Assembly (NCBI RefSeq): GCF_964194025.1 | Contig: NC_134474.1 | Location: 20,088,001-20,152,000, forward strand | DNA length: 64,000 nucleotides | Direction of reading: 5' to 3' | DNA from: Convolutriloba macropyga | Taxonomy: Eukaryota | Shown: positions 48,401-61,359 of the stretch, in pieces | Layout of the letters: each line of letters starts with the position of its first letter | Numbering within the stretch: the first letter of the stretch is position 1 | Notes under the pieces: model-generated | What the model saw: the letters and a program-made list of their open reading frames with translations, nothing else | What the model was told of the DNA's origin: nothing | The model's database searches: none | Translations under genes and position numbers: made by a program

Positions 48401-51400
48401 AGATTAATTTAGAGTTCACTGGAAATGGGTTGTGACCCGTGTTTACAGAGACTGAGCTACAAATCGACCGAAAAATTAAAAACGCTGAAGCTCAAAAACC
48501 CAATTATGTTTTTGAAAGCAATTATTTTCAAAAGACTTCAAAAAGATTTCAAAAAAGAGCGATGGATTAAGTCGCAATGCCTCAGAAAGTCAATTGGGCC
48601 TGGTAATAATGAGACTAAGTCACGGCCCTAACAAATAACAACAAATATATGAAGAAGCCAAAACTTCAAACAATTTTACGAGATCACACCGTTCAAGGCA
48701 CTATAATTATAAGATGTTACTTGCAAGAAATGTATAATGTCGCTTTCTCCTCATTTTAACATCAAAGAGTCTTCCTTCTTAATGGATTGCGTAGACATGA
48801 CAACAAAAAGATACCCAGAAATTGAACATTATAGAAATCTCGAAAATTTTTAATGAAATTAATGGTCGAAGCAGTCAGTCACAACATATAACCAAGCGCG
48901 AAACGTATTAAAAATGCTTGAATCGCAAAAAAAAAATTAAGAGTTCTAATTAATGAGATTGAGTCACATTGTTACCAAAATGACAGCAAAAAAGATAGTT
49001 GAAATTTTTTTTATTTCAATTTGAAAGTCATTAAAACAAATAGCTGTGAACTGAATTCTTAAACAAGTTTCAGTTATATGTCTTGGGGAACCAATTGAGA
49101 CTTATCATTATCAGGTATATGGCGTATAACAACAGAAAGAAAGACAAACATAGGCAAAAACAAAAAAGACCCGTAAAATTTTGCGAGATAACTGTGTCTC
49201 AGCCCAAAAAGCATACACTGTGTAACAAAAACAATTGAATCTTCTGATACGCGTTTTTCCTTCGCTCTGCATTTTTTCTACTATGCTTACGTTCAATTGC
49301 ACTTGTCAATAATGCGATAATATGACAAGGAAACAAACTGAACTCATAGAATATGCAGTTATGCTCGTGCAGGAAATTCGTTTTTGCCTGTTTTTACAGA
49401 GACTGCGCCCGAAGATGAGAAAGTTAAGATAAAATAGTGGCAAAAACAAAAATTAACAGATGTTTTCTTAAAACAAATATTTTCAAATTTATAACAGACA
49501 TTAGATAACAACTGAAAGAAGTGTCAAGGTTCATTTATACCTCCTGAAAACTAACTGGATCTTTAATTGCGGAAAATAAGTTATTGGGCTGTAAGATTGG
49601 GCAAAAAATATAGCAAATGAAAACAAAATTCAAGAAAAACAAATTTTTTTTTTACAAAAACATTTGGTCAGAGCCATAGAAACCACGCGCTTAACTCTGA
49701 AACCGTAATATAATCTCGTTTGTAAATAGTATCTGTCATTAATTGGGCCCTGATTTGAAATTCTTGTAAGTAAAAAAAAGTATACAAAAATCATTTACAT
49801 AGCGGAAATATTTTGAAAAAAGTCGCGCCCCATTAAATTAAGAATTTTTTATGTAAGGATCCATGGCGAGATCACGATCAGCCCAGATGTTGCTGACCGT
49901 CTAACCAAATACTCATTTGTTTAAATATAGATGCAAAATAGATCAATTTTTAAAAAATCTTTCAGTTTGTCAAAAATAAAAATGCATTTTGTGTATTTAA
50001 TGAATTTAAATTTGCAAAAAACTCGCAAAGTTATAGCTCCAGAAGACTCTCAAAGCCAGTGGGTTTACAAATAGCTCAATTGTTAGCTTTAAAAGAATAT
50101 GGCCGCAGTTTTAAGGTATTTACTTCAGCAGATTGAAAGCAAGTCGACTGAAAAAGCAAATTTTGTACCAATTTTGGTCCCAAAAAAGTAGAATTTTGAA
50201 AAATTTAGCATAACTTCTAGCCAACAAAGCCGGACCGAACATTTCAGCAACCCTCCTCTATTCCTCTATCTTTAGAGATAAAATTAATAACACTACAGTT
50301 AACAATTTGAACAAATTTTAGCAAAATTGACGAAAAAGTGAATAAAAACGGCTAAAATACGTCTAATATTCACAAAGCTTTAAACCTCAATAACTCCCTA
50401 TAAAGAGTGAAAATTGAAAAAATCTTTTTAATTCCATATTCTACGCTGGACGGGCTTTTTAATGATACCACTCGCAACTCTCTACGATGATTATATCGAT
50501 CGGCCAAAATTGTCTGAACAAAAAAAACCCATTTGAGTATATAGTTCCTCCCCCACTAAAGTGGGTCGGAACAATAAGACCCGACCTTCTTCGTGACAAT
50601 TTTACTTGCCTGTAGTGTAATTTTTTGCGAGTGACTATTTCGGCTGCCTGTAAGTAGCTTGCACCGTACAAATCATGATCACTGTAAAAACACTGCATTA
50701 ATACTGCTTATAAACTATCGGTGCAAAAACGCATTTATTAATCCAGGTGGATTTATGCAAGCTAAGTTTTTTACATAGTTGTGGGGCAATTGCCAAGCGT
50801 ATTTTAGAAACTGATGCGGTACCTATGATTTTACATGCAAACCGTTTCTGTCCTGTGATAGTTCTGAAGATTAAAAAAGTTTAACACATGGATGTTGTTC
50901 TGTACAAACACACTGATCTGAACTCTTTTCCATTATGGCCACATCAGATCTATAGGCCCACTAATTATTATAAATATTTTAATATGGCGGGCTAAAATGA
51001 CAAACAGCCGTGTCTTGTAACCTGAAATGGTTTTTGCTGCTGCTTTTCCATATGACTGTCGTCCTCCTGTGCCATTTTGCCATACTGTGTGAAGTAGAGC
51101 AGATTAGAAATGTCGTCTTCTCTGATCGTGTTCACAATGTTGTATACTTGACATGAACTCACTAGAGTAGCCAAGGCAAAGATGATTGCACAGTCGTTTG
51201 TCGTCTGAGTGTTGTCAAAGCTGCCTAAATCCGTAATCGAGTCAGAAAAAGGGTCTTTAACGTCTTTTAAGTGCTATTCACCCGCCTCCCGTTACAGAGC
51301 AAGCGCCGTTACGTGGGTGAGTCTTTGTCAGTGGGTCTTTTTTTTGGGGGGGGGGGTCATGTACAGCTATTATGCACCCATTGAGCGGGGGTCGAGTAAA

Positions 51401-53225
51401 AGATGCAGGGTGATGATGCAGTGATTTGCTAGCTTGTCTTGTTTGTTGAACGGATGGAGTGGTGCGAAACATAAATTCAAGACGGAAAATAGACCTGATG
51501 AAATTTATTATAGACCAACGAAAGACTCCCTAAATATTAAGCCCAAATTAACAGCGAAGGTAAAAAAAATTGGAGTGACCACCTCAAACCAAACATTGCA
51601 ATTTCAATCATGGGAATAATTGAGCAAAATGAAACTTCACTTTAAACAATCAAATATTTGATCAAAGTCAAAAACCCTGGGATTCATGGACGAAGCAAAA
51701 GAACGTTGGATGAAGTTAATGAGAATAATGATGGAGCAAGCTTCCGAACATAAAACAACTTTTTACAGTCAGTTAGCCACACTGCTGCAAATTCAAACGG
51801 TTTCGTTTGTTACCTTTGATGCTCTTTATTTGAAAATCAACACCTGTATCATATTTGGGCATATTTGAGATTTAAAGTGGCGCAATCGACTCAGCAATGC
51901 AATTGAATTTATAAATTGCTCTCAAACGAAGTTTGTAGCAATTATATTAGTCCTGTGGTCTTTTTTATGCAATTTTTTGCTTGACCGATTTTTCGTCTGA
52001 CCCATTTGACTTTTCGTCCTCAAAAACTGGATAAACAGGTAACGCTCGGAGGGTATTAAGTTCTCTTAGAGCCTTACGCCTAAGCAGTCTCTAAAAATGC
52101 GATTCACCGGAACTATCTTGAGGAGACTATTTCATGGTGGCAAGGGTGGTTCTTAGTCTTAAAAGTTTGACCCCCCAGTCACTGCTCCCTACCCCCCCCC
52201 CCTCCACGCAGCCTCCCCCCATTCTAGCATCTCTGAGTCCCAGCTTGGTACTACTGAAGGTAACCGCTCGCCCGTCGCTTTAGAGCAGTTCGCCCGACGT
52301 TTTTCACTTCTGATTTTTTATTTCGTTTACAGCATTTTCCTTTTTAAAAAAGTACACCTATCATTGACTTTGTTGTAACCGAAACATGACTTAAAGATGG
52401 TTATAACGCAGAGTGTATATTGCTAAATACCAGCAGATAATAACAAGCAATGCGAAAGATGCAAAAGAAGCAGGGTTTGGATATGAGAAGCAGAACTGGT
52501 CGATAACAAATTTAGTCAATTGCTAGCTCTTGAAATTGACACAAAAGGAAACAATTTCGATAATTTGATCTTAAACTGTTGTCTTGTTTACCTTCAATCA
52601 AAAAAAAGCTTCGCTGAATCTTTTACTTGTTTAACATTTACATTGCAAACTTTCCAATAAAATTCTGGGAAATAAAAGACATTTTAAGCTCCGATAGCTT
52701 CTTTAGGAAGTCGGTTGACAGCTACTCTAGGGAGACATTCGAAGCTAAAGCTAATAGAGAAGTTGTATACAGCTTGTCAAAAGTTGGACTTGAAACGATA
52801 AAAATTGTAATTACTTAACACTGCTGCTCTAAATTGATTTGCTTCATTAAGAGTAACAACAATAAAACATTTTTTTTATGTTATTGATACTCTGTATCTA
52901 GGGGAAACGTTTTGGCATCCGCGAACTTGATGGAATGAATCGTATTGAATCCCTATAAAATGATGGCAAAGACCCTATTTTTGTGGTATTAAAGTTCTGT
53001 GTACCACCGATCAACTACATTTGGTGGCATAGATTTTGTATTACAAAGCATGTGGGAAAGTTTGCAATGCTGCAAGCTGGGCGTAAGTATGTTGTGGTGT
53101 TCGTAGGTTTTTTATTTTATCGTCTGACAATCTGTTTTTGTATTAAATTTCGCACAGCAAAATTGAAAATCAAATTTTCTGATTGACTTCGTCTTCTCAT
53201 TTATGGCGTTTGAGAGCATGACGTC

Positions 53226-53262
<37 letters not shown>

Positions 53263-55500
53263 GCAGAAATTTTTAGGTTATTTACTTGATTAGATTTTGA
53301 TAACACGTGATAACCTCACTCAATAAAAATGACATTTGCACTGTAAAGCTTTAGTTTAAATTGAAATGTTCTAAGGTCAAATGAACTCATATGTGTATTA
53401 AAGATTCCTATTAAAGATTCCTAAATGGTTTTGCGGAGTGAATTTAAGGAAGCCTTAATAATTTATAGCTTGATATTTATTACATAGTTTTTGATGCAGG
53501 TAAGGATAACCTTTTCAACTTATACCTTTCTGTTTCTATCTTTATTATACCGCACACAAGTTTATTTCGCAGCTATTCCGACAGTCTGCCGGCTATATTG
53601 TAGCTGGAGATTGCAGGGAAATTACTTGTTAATTTTTATCTCGTTTTGTAACTTAAAATGCTCTTCTGATACTCACAATTTGTCACTACGATCCAGCATT
53701 AGGGTCGAGAGAACTAGAATACAAAATTATTTTTGCAAAGAAAGACGGCGAAGTTAATTTTTTTAATGTTTTTGATTGCAAAAAGTTTTTAATAGCTAAC
53801 GAATTTTTTTCTAACACAATTTTCTGTAATGCTTCAAGCTTGTTTGGAATGGTTATTTGCTTGGTATTTATGATACATTTGGTTTCTTTTATTGCTATGC
53901 AGCCTCGCGATTAATTGTTTTGATTAGTTTCATTTGAAATACAAAAAAATTGCAAAAAATTTAGGCTTTTCCTATTTATAGCCCGCATGAAATTATAGAT
54001 CACTATTATGGTATAATTGCCATATTTGGGAAGCTTTAGGTTAATGACCACAAAGCTGGGGGGCTATGATGGGAGAGAGCCCAACGTTCTTGTCAAAATA
54101 GATCCAAGCAATCTTGCTTGATGACAAAAATGAATAGCAAATTTTTTTATTTCTGAACGCAGGATTGTTGTTTCTGTGACGATGTTGCGCACAATGTTTT
54201 ATAAGCTGCATTTTTGCGATTTTTTTGTCTTAGAAAGGTCGAAACATACCATGTAAATAAATTATCAGTTTAGTGTTTTTATGGATACCTTGCGTGTCCA
54301 TCAAGATGACAGCCACTTCTTCGCTCTTGGTCCGGACTAGGAATGGTTTGCTCCAAATCACCACTCCATCTGTGGTCCGTTTGTCACCGTGACTCCATTC
54401 GAAGCCCTTCTCGAAGTCCAGCTTCAGTGCCTCAAATTTAAAGATAGCACCACTGTAAGAGCAATATTGGGATCTATTCTGTTTCGGCCCCCAGTGTTTT
54501 TTATGACCGCAAGTTACAAATTATATGTTGTTATATAGCACGTTACTGTGTAAGAAAATAGCACGTGAGCCTGGGGGTCATAAAAAATTTATGCTCACCA
54601 AGCTGGGGGGGGGGGGGGGGGACAATAGATCCCAAAATTGTGGTTAATTTAACGCATGATAACGTTTTGTCAAATAGCAGATAGGGTGGAATTCGCATAA
54701 CGTACTGTGGTGATATTAGCGAAAGCGATTGTACATTTTATTATGCCGAAGTGTAGAAGAGCTATGTTTAATCTTATTTGTAGAATGTAGTTGGGCTGAT
54801 ACTCGATGCCCGAGACTTAAGGCCGATTAAAACCATTTGGGCCGTTCCCATTATAGACCCACCCCCCCCCCCCCGCTTAGTGGTCAGATAAGCTTATTCC
54901 CCGATCATGGTAAATTTGCCATGATAGGTGACTTTAATGGGGAAAGACCCGGGTCTTTTCCGCTAGAAACCATAGATTGAATCCCGCCTTCCGAGTATTA
55001 TACAACCCCCAAATCAATTTCAGAATGCGGTTCATTATTTAGCGAACCACTGTATCCATATATTTTTTTTTGGGGGGGGGGGAGGGAGGGGTGCAAATAA
55101 ATGCACACAATACGGGTCGGTCGCATGCGGAAAAGATTCATGTACGTCTGTAAAATAAGGTACTACAAGGTCATTTTGCGGGATGTTAAACGGTCAGAGA
55201 ATTTTTTCGAACCTCAGTCCATTCGCGATCAAAGTCAGCTTCATCCGTGATAGTAGAGGAACGTCTTTTTCCATCCTTCTCCTTGAGAAATGTCAGTAAG
55301 AAGTTCATGAGGAATGACTTGCCTGTTCTGAAAGCTCCTGTAATAGAAATGACCACCACTTTTCTGTTTTTATATTCTTCAGATAGCAACACTGCCTTGA
55401 GTGCGCTACTGTTCATCTTAAATGTATGATCTGCCTGAGGCTCAATAACTTTGATTGCTTCTCCATCTTTCGATATCTTAGACAGTTTGCCAAGTACCAT
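45453..55500 (-). CDS. ATL: Atlastin (ER membrane-fusion GTPase); exons 55500-55213, 54430-54289, 51224-51022, 47081-46925, 46557-46343, 46046-45453; ~532 aa
   Basis: G1 GAFRTGKS, GFEW...TTDGVVIW, G3 LMDTQGSFD, LLFLVRDW, CFLMPHPGLKVA, ATAEA, CGGSKPY, two TM helices and an amphipathic tail (IDKLVAILW). Exon phases are consistent. All junctions are GT-AG except the donor at 46924 (GG). Confidence 0.9.
47124..50575 (-). mobile_element. Helentron-like non-autonomous element, family B (~3.4 kb), in atlastin intron 3
   Basis: AACAAGG, a perfect 16-bp palindrome ATGTGCGTACGCACAT (47141-47156) and GTTCCGACCC at the left end; GGGTCGGAACAAT at the right. Collinear with 18045-20884. Confidence 0.72.
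47221..47825 (-). mobile_element. Family A element nested in the family B element
   Basis: Begins with the reverse complement of the A 3' end (CCGACTAAACGTCGG AAGAATTGCTCTCGAACGA). The host B sequence, contiguous at ~18135-18145 in the other copy, resumes at ~47829. Confidence 0.65.
51914..52305 (+). mobile_element. Family A element in atlastin intron 2
   Basis: AATTGCTCTCAAACGAAGTTTGTAGCAATT ... TCGCTTTAGAGCAGTTCGCCCGACGTT. Confidence 0.6.
53229..53260. repeat. (TC)16 microsatellite
   Basis: Read directly from the sequence. Confidence 0.95.
54462..54640. mobile_element. Short MITE-like inverted-repeat element
   Basis: TTGGGATCTATT (54467) is inverted at AATAGATCCCAA (54624-54635). The GACAATAGATC core is shared with the 9181 MITE TIR. 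Confidence 0.45.
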
Positions 55501-55747
55501 TTTTTCAAAAGCTCAAATTTGCTTGGTTGTAATGAATATTGGTTAATTTTTTCTTAGTTCTTAGCAGTCTGTTTTAATCTTAGAAGCACGTGCCATAATG
55601 AATGTACTCGAAAATCCGTACGCAATCAAAAATTGGTACTGTTGAATGAATACGTCAAAATGTGCACGCGTTTTTTTATGTCCTCAGAATGTAAACTGTA
55701 CAGATCCTGAATGCTATTTCTCTTTCAGATTTGTTTGTAACGATACG
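55501..55747. promoter_or_regulatory. Putative bidirectional promoter between atlastin and RAD51
   Basis: 247 bp between divergent ATGs, repeat-free, with CpG-containing motifs GCACGTG (~55586) and ACGCGT (~55666). Function is inferred from geometry only. Confidence 0.5.
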
Positions 55748-58700
55748 ATGGACACAGACAATGCTGGAGATGAAGTTGACGGACCTCTGCCCATTTCTAA
55801 ACTAGAAGTGAGTACGCTTGTTCTGTGTAACAAATGGAGCAAGGCTTTTATTCAGAAGATTGGGATCTTTTCCCTTATTTACCCTCCAGTACATGATGCG
55901 CGGTTCGTTGAAAGTAATGAGCAAGTACATAATAACGGATCATGTGTAAATGTAGTACGCACGCTTGAGGGTTGCCAATGATATGCAACCACTAAGCGGG
56001 TCGTCGAAAACGGAGGAGATCCAACGATTGAAGAGCTGGCCTTACGGCATTCTTGTACGTTGTTGTGGGCGGCTGGCTACAGCGATTCTATTGATATGCT
56101 GAATTTATTCTCTTTTGGCGGCCGGTGGTCTTTATGACTCCCAGTAAAAAATTGTGTAGTTCAAAGTTTCAAAAGAAAAAGTGGCAAGGAAAAAACATCA
56201 ATCGTAGATTAGGGACGTTAGATTAACTGAGGAAAATATTAAATCATGCTTAATTTAAAGTAAAACCGATTTCTCTTGCAAGGTACAATTCCTATAAACA
56301 AAATTTTTGTTGCTAATTAAGACCAGAAATTTCCAAAAAACGGCCATCAATTTTAAATTAAAATGAAACTACTTGCTTCCTTTGTATATCTTGCTCATCT
56401 TTAACTACTTGCTTATCTTGTGTCTATCTACTAGCTTTGAAGATGATGCTGCCTAGTTTTCTAGAAGTTGTGTTTAACACAGATGTAACACTATGCATTT
56501 TAAGAAAGATACTTTTTTGGAATTAAACGAAGATAAATTGTAAATTTGTTCAGCTCCCACTTTTTGTTTCTCTGTATTTCAATTAACCCACTGGATTTTT
56601 TCATGTATAAAAGGTTTTTTTTCAGATTTGCGAAGTTTTCACCTGGCATGGCAATAAAAGATTGCGACAAAAATGCAAGTTCAGATGTTATCTCAAAATG
56701 ATGTTCTTGGTTGATAAAAACTATTCACGAAATGCAAAGATGCCGACGAAAATACAAACATAACTTGTTATCAAATAATGAAAAACTTAAACTTCAACCC
56801 ATTGCTTTTCTTTGAATTGTCAAATGCACTTTGAATGTTTTTTTCTAATAAATGAGGAATTTTATTGAACTAAATCAGTCACGTTGCATCAAGAGTTAAG
56901 AAAAGACATTGATAAGAAAAATGTGCACGTCTGAAGTAGAAAAAAAGTTAAATTTTATCTTTTAAGCTCTGAATATTTTAGTCTTCTAGTATTTTAATTA
57001 CTCCTTGTTTTGAAAATACAATATTTTGAATACAGGTAAATCCCAAAAATGAAGAAAAAAAATAGTAGTCTCACGATGAAAGTATGGAATATTTCAACGG
57101 CACCTTATGCTTAAAAATTTTTAGATCTCTCTGAGAATTCTGTGTCTTCTATCTCAATTGGAGTTTATATTGAATACTAAAACTCGTGACCGGATAATGG
57201 ATTCTTATTGAATAGTTTTAATGATTTTCTGCGGAAAAATACATTACTCTGCTCGATAAACTTCTCGATTTTCTGACATGTAATTTTTTGGTTTCCATTG
57301 ATTTTTAATTAGTAGTGAAGAAAACTATAATTAGATTTTTAGATAGTACGAAAATAGACAATATAGAAAGATATTGACCAAAATTGAATGTCAATACAAA
57401 GGAACGCCGACTTTAAAAAAAATGTGTATCTGATGCCGCTCTCTTTTATCAACCTCCTTAAAACATCTCAAAACTTGGTTCTTGCTTTTACTTTACATAA
57501 AAAGACAAATAATTTGTTAGATAAATAACTTTTGAAATTTGTACACTTTTGGGAGCTGTTCTTTTTGAATTCAACTGAGGAAAAGATTTTTTGAATTCAA
57601 CTGAACTGTAATGAAATCCCCCGACGAAAAAAAAAATAAAATAAACGTTGTGTACAGTGCAATTTAACCTGAGGTAGTCCATTAAAAAAATCTAGAGTCA
57701 TTTTTAAATTTAAACTGAAAACAGCTGGTCCATCTGTCTTGTTTCATTTTCGGTTTCAACTTTTTTGGTATATTTTTGTTGAGATTGATTTTGTGATAAA
57801 CATAACAATTTAAGGCTATTGTTTTCTGCTTACAGGTTTTAAGTTTGGCGAAAGTCATCAGGTTTTCATCGCTTCGACGGGTGTTTTGATGTTTTTATCG
57901 CCGCGTAATAATGAGGATCCAGTTTCTCTTTTTGAAAAAAAAACGATTTATCGTTTTGTAGTGCTTTCTCCAGACAAAATTGCTCAAGATCAATCCCAAA
58001 GAAATCAGTTCTCTGATAGCAAATAAAGCTGATTTTCACAAGCTTGCGGTGTTGTTTAATTGTTGTGCTAGGCAAAGATTCGTTTTAAAAAATATATATG
58101 GACTTATTGCTGATGTTTCGGATTTACTGTTGAATAGTTTTTGCGTCATGTGTCCTTGTTTCTAAACCGAAAATCCTTTAGCTGTGAAAAAATGATTTTT
58201 GCTGAAGTTCGTTGTTGGTTTACTGACAATGAGCCTGGAATAAGTAGCAATAAAGAAGTTTAAATAAAAATAAGTAGGAAACAATAGCATTTTGGAGCGC
58301 TCTTTATTTTTCTGCCTCGAAAATGATACCAGAAATTATTTTTCTTTAAACGACATGTTGAAGTTTTGGGCGGCAAGGAATTGATTAAGGCGTAGTTTAA
58401 ATTAAGAAATATTTTAATTAACCTTTATGAAAGAAAAAATTGAAAACGGGCTTCTTTCGAGTTAAAGTTTTGATTACGTTAAACTCACGGCTATGATCAC
58501 TTTGAGAAATTCGTTAATTTCTGCAACAAATACTATTTTTTAAGTTGTTTCTAAAAGCCTTGTTTAATAATTTTTGTCCTTCAGCAAAAAAAAACTTGTG
58601 TTACAGTATTACAATTCAAAGAATTTGAATTATATTGGGGCTCTGTCTCTTTTAGATCTGTGTTGACACATTTTTATGATTTTTGGAAGTCAAATCGAAG

Positions 58701-61359
58701 TAATAATTTTGTTCACACCGAAACAGGAAGTGGAGCGCGGAAGCGAGTGGTTTCGCGGCGTTAAATTTTTCCATTCTATTTTTTAAGTAGATTGAGAAAA
58801 CGGTGCATGTAAAAAATAGTCTTTCTCGCTAGTGGTTATTTGTTCACATGCCGTAATTCGACTTTAAATTTTACTTTTTTCATAGTCCATTCTAGGTCTA
58901 GTCTTTTCTTTAGTCAATGAAAATTCTTTGAATTGTAGATGAGGACTTTTCCTGCTATTTTTTAAAATTTAGTCTTCCAAGTTGGTTGTTACGAATTTCA
59001 GACGATTTTTAAGAAGAACGAATTTGACACTTATCCAAAAAAAACTGCATACGTTTTTTACAGGATAATCGAATAATAAATTTTCTCAAAAGAAACCTGA
59101 GAGACGCTTTGGAACAGTCTTGTGATATTGTACGCTCTGTTTGATTTCTAATCAGCGCGCTCAGAAATGTCTCTGCTAAACATATAGATAGGCCTGAATA
59201 AGGACGTGAATTTTTCGTGGCTAGTCTCGAATCGTTTTCTGTACTTAGAGTGTGGGCATTGCAAGTGGAGATATTAAGAAGATGTCAGAAGCTGGCTATC
59301 ACACAGTGGAGTCAGTAGCCTTTGCACCTAAGAAATCCATTTTGGCAATCAAAGGCATCTCAGAACAGAAAGCAGATAAGATAATGGTGAGTTGTTTACG
59401 AAAACAGCTGAAATTGTCGGAAAAACTTCATTGACACAATTACTTAAAATTTGAAATGTTTTAAAATTTTCAAGCATACAACTTTAAGCGAGTGGGTATT
59501 TCTAATTTACATGTTTTTACAAAATCTAACGTTTCGTATTAGAAAAGAGTGAATGATTTCATTGCATAGCATAAGGACAGATTGAAATGTTCCAAAGGTA
59601 TCTTAGGGTTTAGTTTTATATTGATTTGCGAGAGAGGATAATTATCTTCAAATTTTCTGTGATGATTAAAATTTATTTAATATTTTGGATGGTTTCAGAC
59701 GGAAGCGTGGAAAATGACTCCGATGGGTTTCACAACAGCCACTGACTTTCATCAGAAGAGGGCTGACATTGTACAACTATCAACTGGCTCCAAGGAGCTT
59801 GACAAGTTGCTTGGAGGTAAGCCCTTTGCTAAATATCACGGTAGTTTCTTTATTCTGAGTTTATCAGTCGTAAATATCTATCCTGGAAGCGGTTTCGCTG
59901 TAAATCTTAACCAAAAAAATTTGGCTGGCGAAATTCTGGGATGCAAAATAGGATTCAAGAACTAAAATCGAATGAGTAAGTTGTAACTGGATCTTTTGTA
60001 CATGATTATATAGCAAAGAAGTTAAATTAAGTGTTGTTTTGGGATGTTTTTGGCCTGTTTGGAAATTATTGAAACTTGTAAGTTTGGGTTTCGATGATTT
60101 GTGATAATGATTTGTGAGTTCTGTATTGGCTTATGTTATAACAGGAGGCATCGAAACAGGATCAATAACGGAGATATTTGGAGAGTTCAGGACTGGCAAG
60201 ACGCAACTGTGCCATACGTTGGCTGTCAACTGCCAGCTCCCAGTGGACATGGGAGGGGGAGAGGGCAAGTGTTTGTTCATTGATACCGAGGGCACTTTTA
60301 GACCGGAGAGGTTGCTAGCTGTAGCTGAGAAGTGAGTACGATACAAATAGAGCTACGAAACTAAACTTACTTCTTTCTAGATCAATTGTATAGGGTCTCG
60401 AGGTCAACAGAAAATTCTGTTTTGCGCGAACTGGTTGGTAAATAAGGAAACTTGATTAATCATAATATTTTATATACAGTTTATATACAGTTGTAAAATC
60501 TATAAACGCAGAAGTCATTGCGTACCAGAATTGTTTTTGCAAGCGATTAGCTTTCACTGTTTCAGAAGTCAACAATGACGCAAGATTTTGTCCTTCTTCT
60601 GAAAACTAATGAAAAGTTCCCTTTTTTCTTAATTTTTCCTCTTATGTTCAAAATGTTCATTTAAATTTTGAAACTTAATTTTGTATATGCTTAGGAATGG
60701 GCTGAATGGACCAGATGTGTTGGACAACGTAGCTTATGCCAGAGCATACAACACTGACCACCAATTGCAGTTGCTACACCAAGCCAGTGCTATGATGATC
60801 GAGTCACGGTTAGCAGACCTCCATTCTTTCCCTCTTTTGTCGATGTATTCTTTTGGGAAAATGCATTTGTTTGTTAGTAGGTCTCTGCAGTACTTTGTGG
60901 ACTACTGAAAAGTTGATTGCTTATGATATGCGATATGGGACTACAATGTAATTTATACTTAAATTGTTTGTGTGTTGCGAACCCGATGATCGTGAGCCAT
61001 AAATTATGTGAGTTTACCACCAGCAACATTACACTTCTGTTCAAGGAAAACTGAAAAGAGAGTGTCAACAAAGTTTTCCGACAATGAATGTTGAATTGTT
61101 GATACTGTTTGCAAATGGTTTGAACCATCATTTTGTCCTTTGTGTGGTATGTTGGTGAGGCTGTTGTGGTGTGGCGTGGAGGTAAACAGCTGCATGTGTG
61201 CTATCTAGACACGTTAATTTGTATTTCAGGTATGCTCTGCTGATTGTTGACAGTGCAACTTCACTCTACCGGACAGACTACAGTGGGAGAGGAGAGCTCT
61301 CAGCAAGGCAGAATCATCTCGCCAAATTTCTCAGAACTCTTCTCAGGCTTGCTGATGAG
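55748..61359 (+). CDS. RAD51: DNA repair recombinase RAD51, first six coding exons (55748-55807, 59249-59386, 59699-59816, 60145-60331, 60695-60808, 61230-61359); 3' exons lie beyond the window
   Basis: [37 protein letters not shown] (FxxA), Walker A GEFRTGKT, Walker B LLIVDS and [22 protein letters not shown] (RAD51- rather than DMC1-type). GT-AG junctions are in phase. Confidence 0.96.

Noticed and set aside
55646-55981. 111-aa ORF as an independent gene
   Set aside because: It is RAD51 exon 1 plus read-through into UTR and intron.
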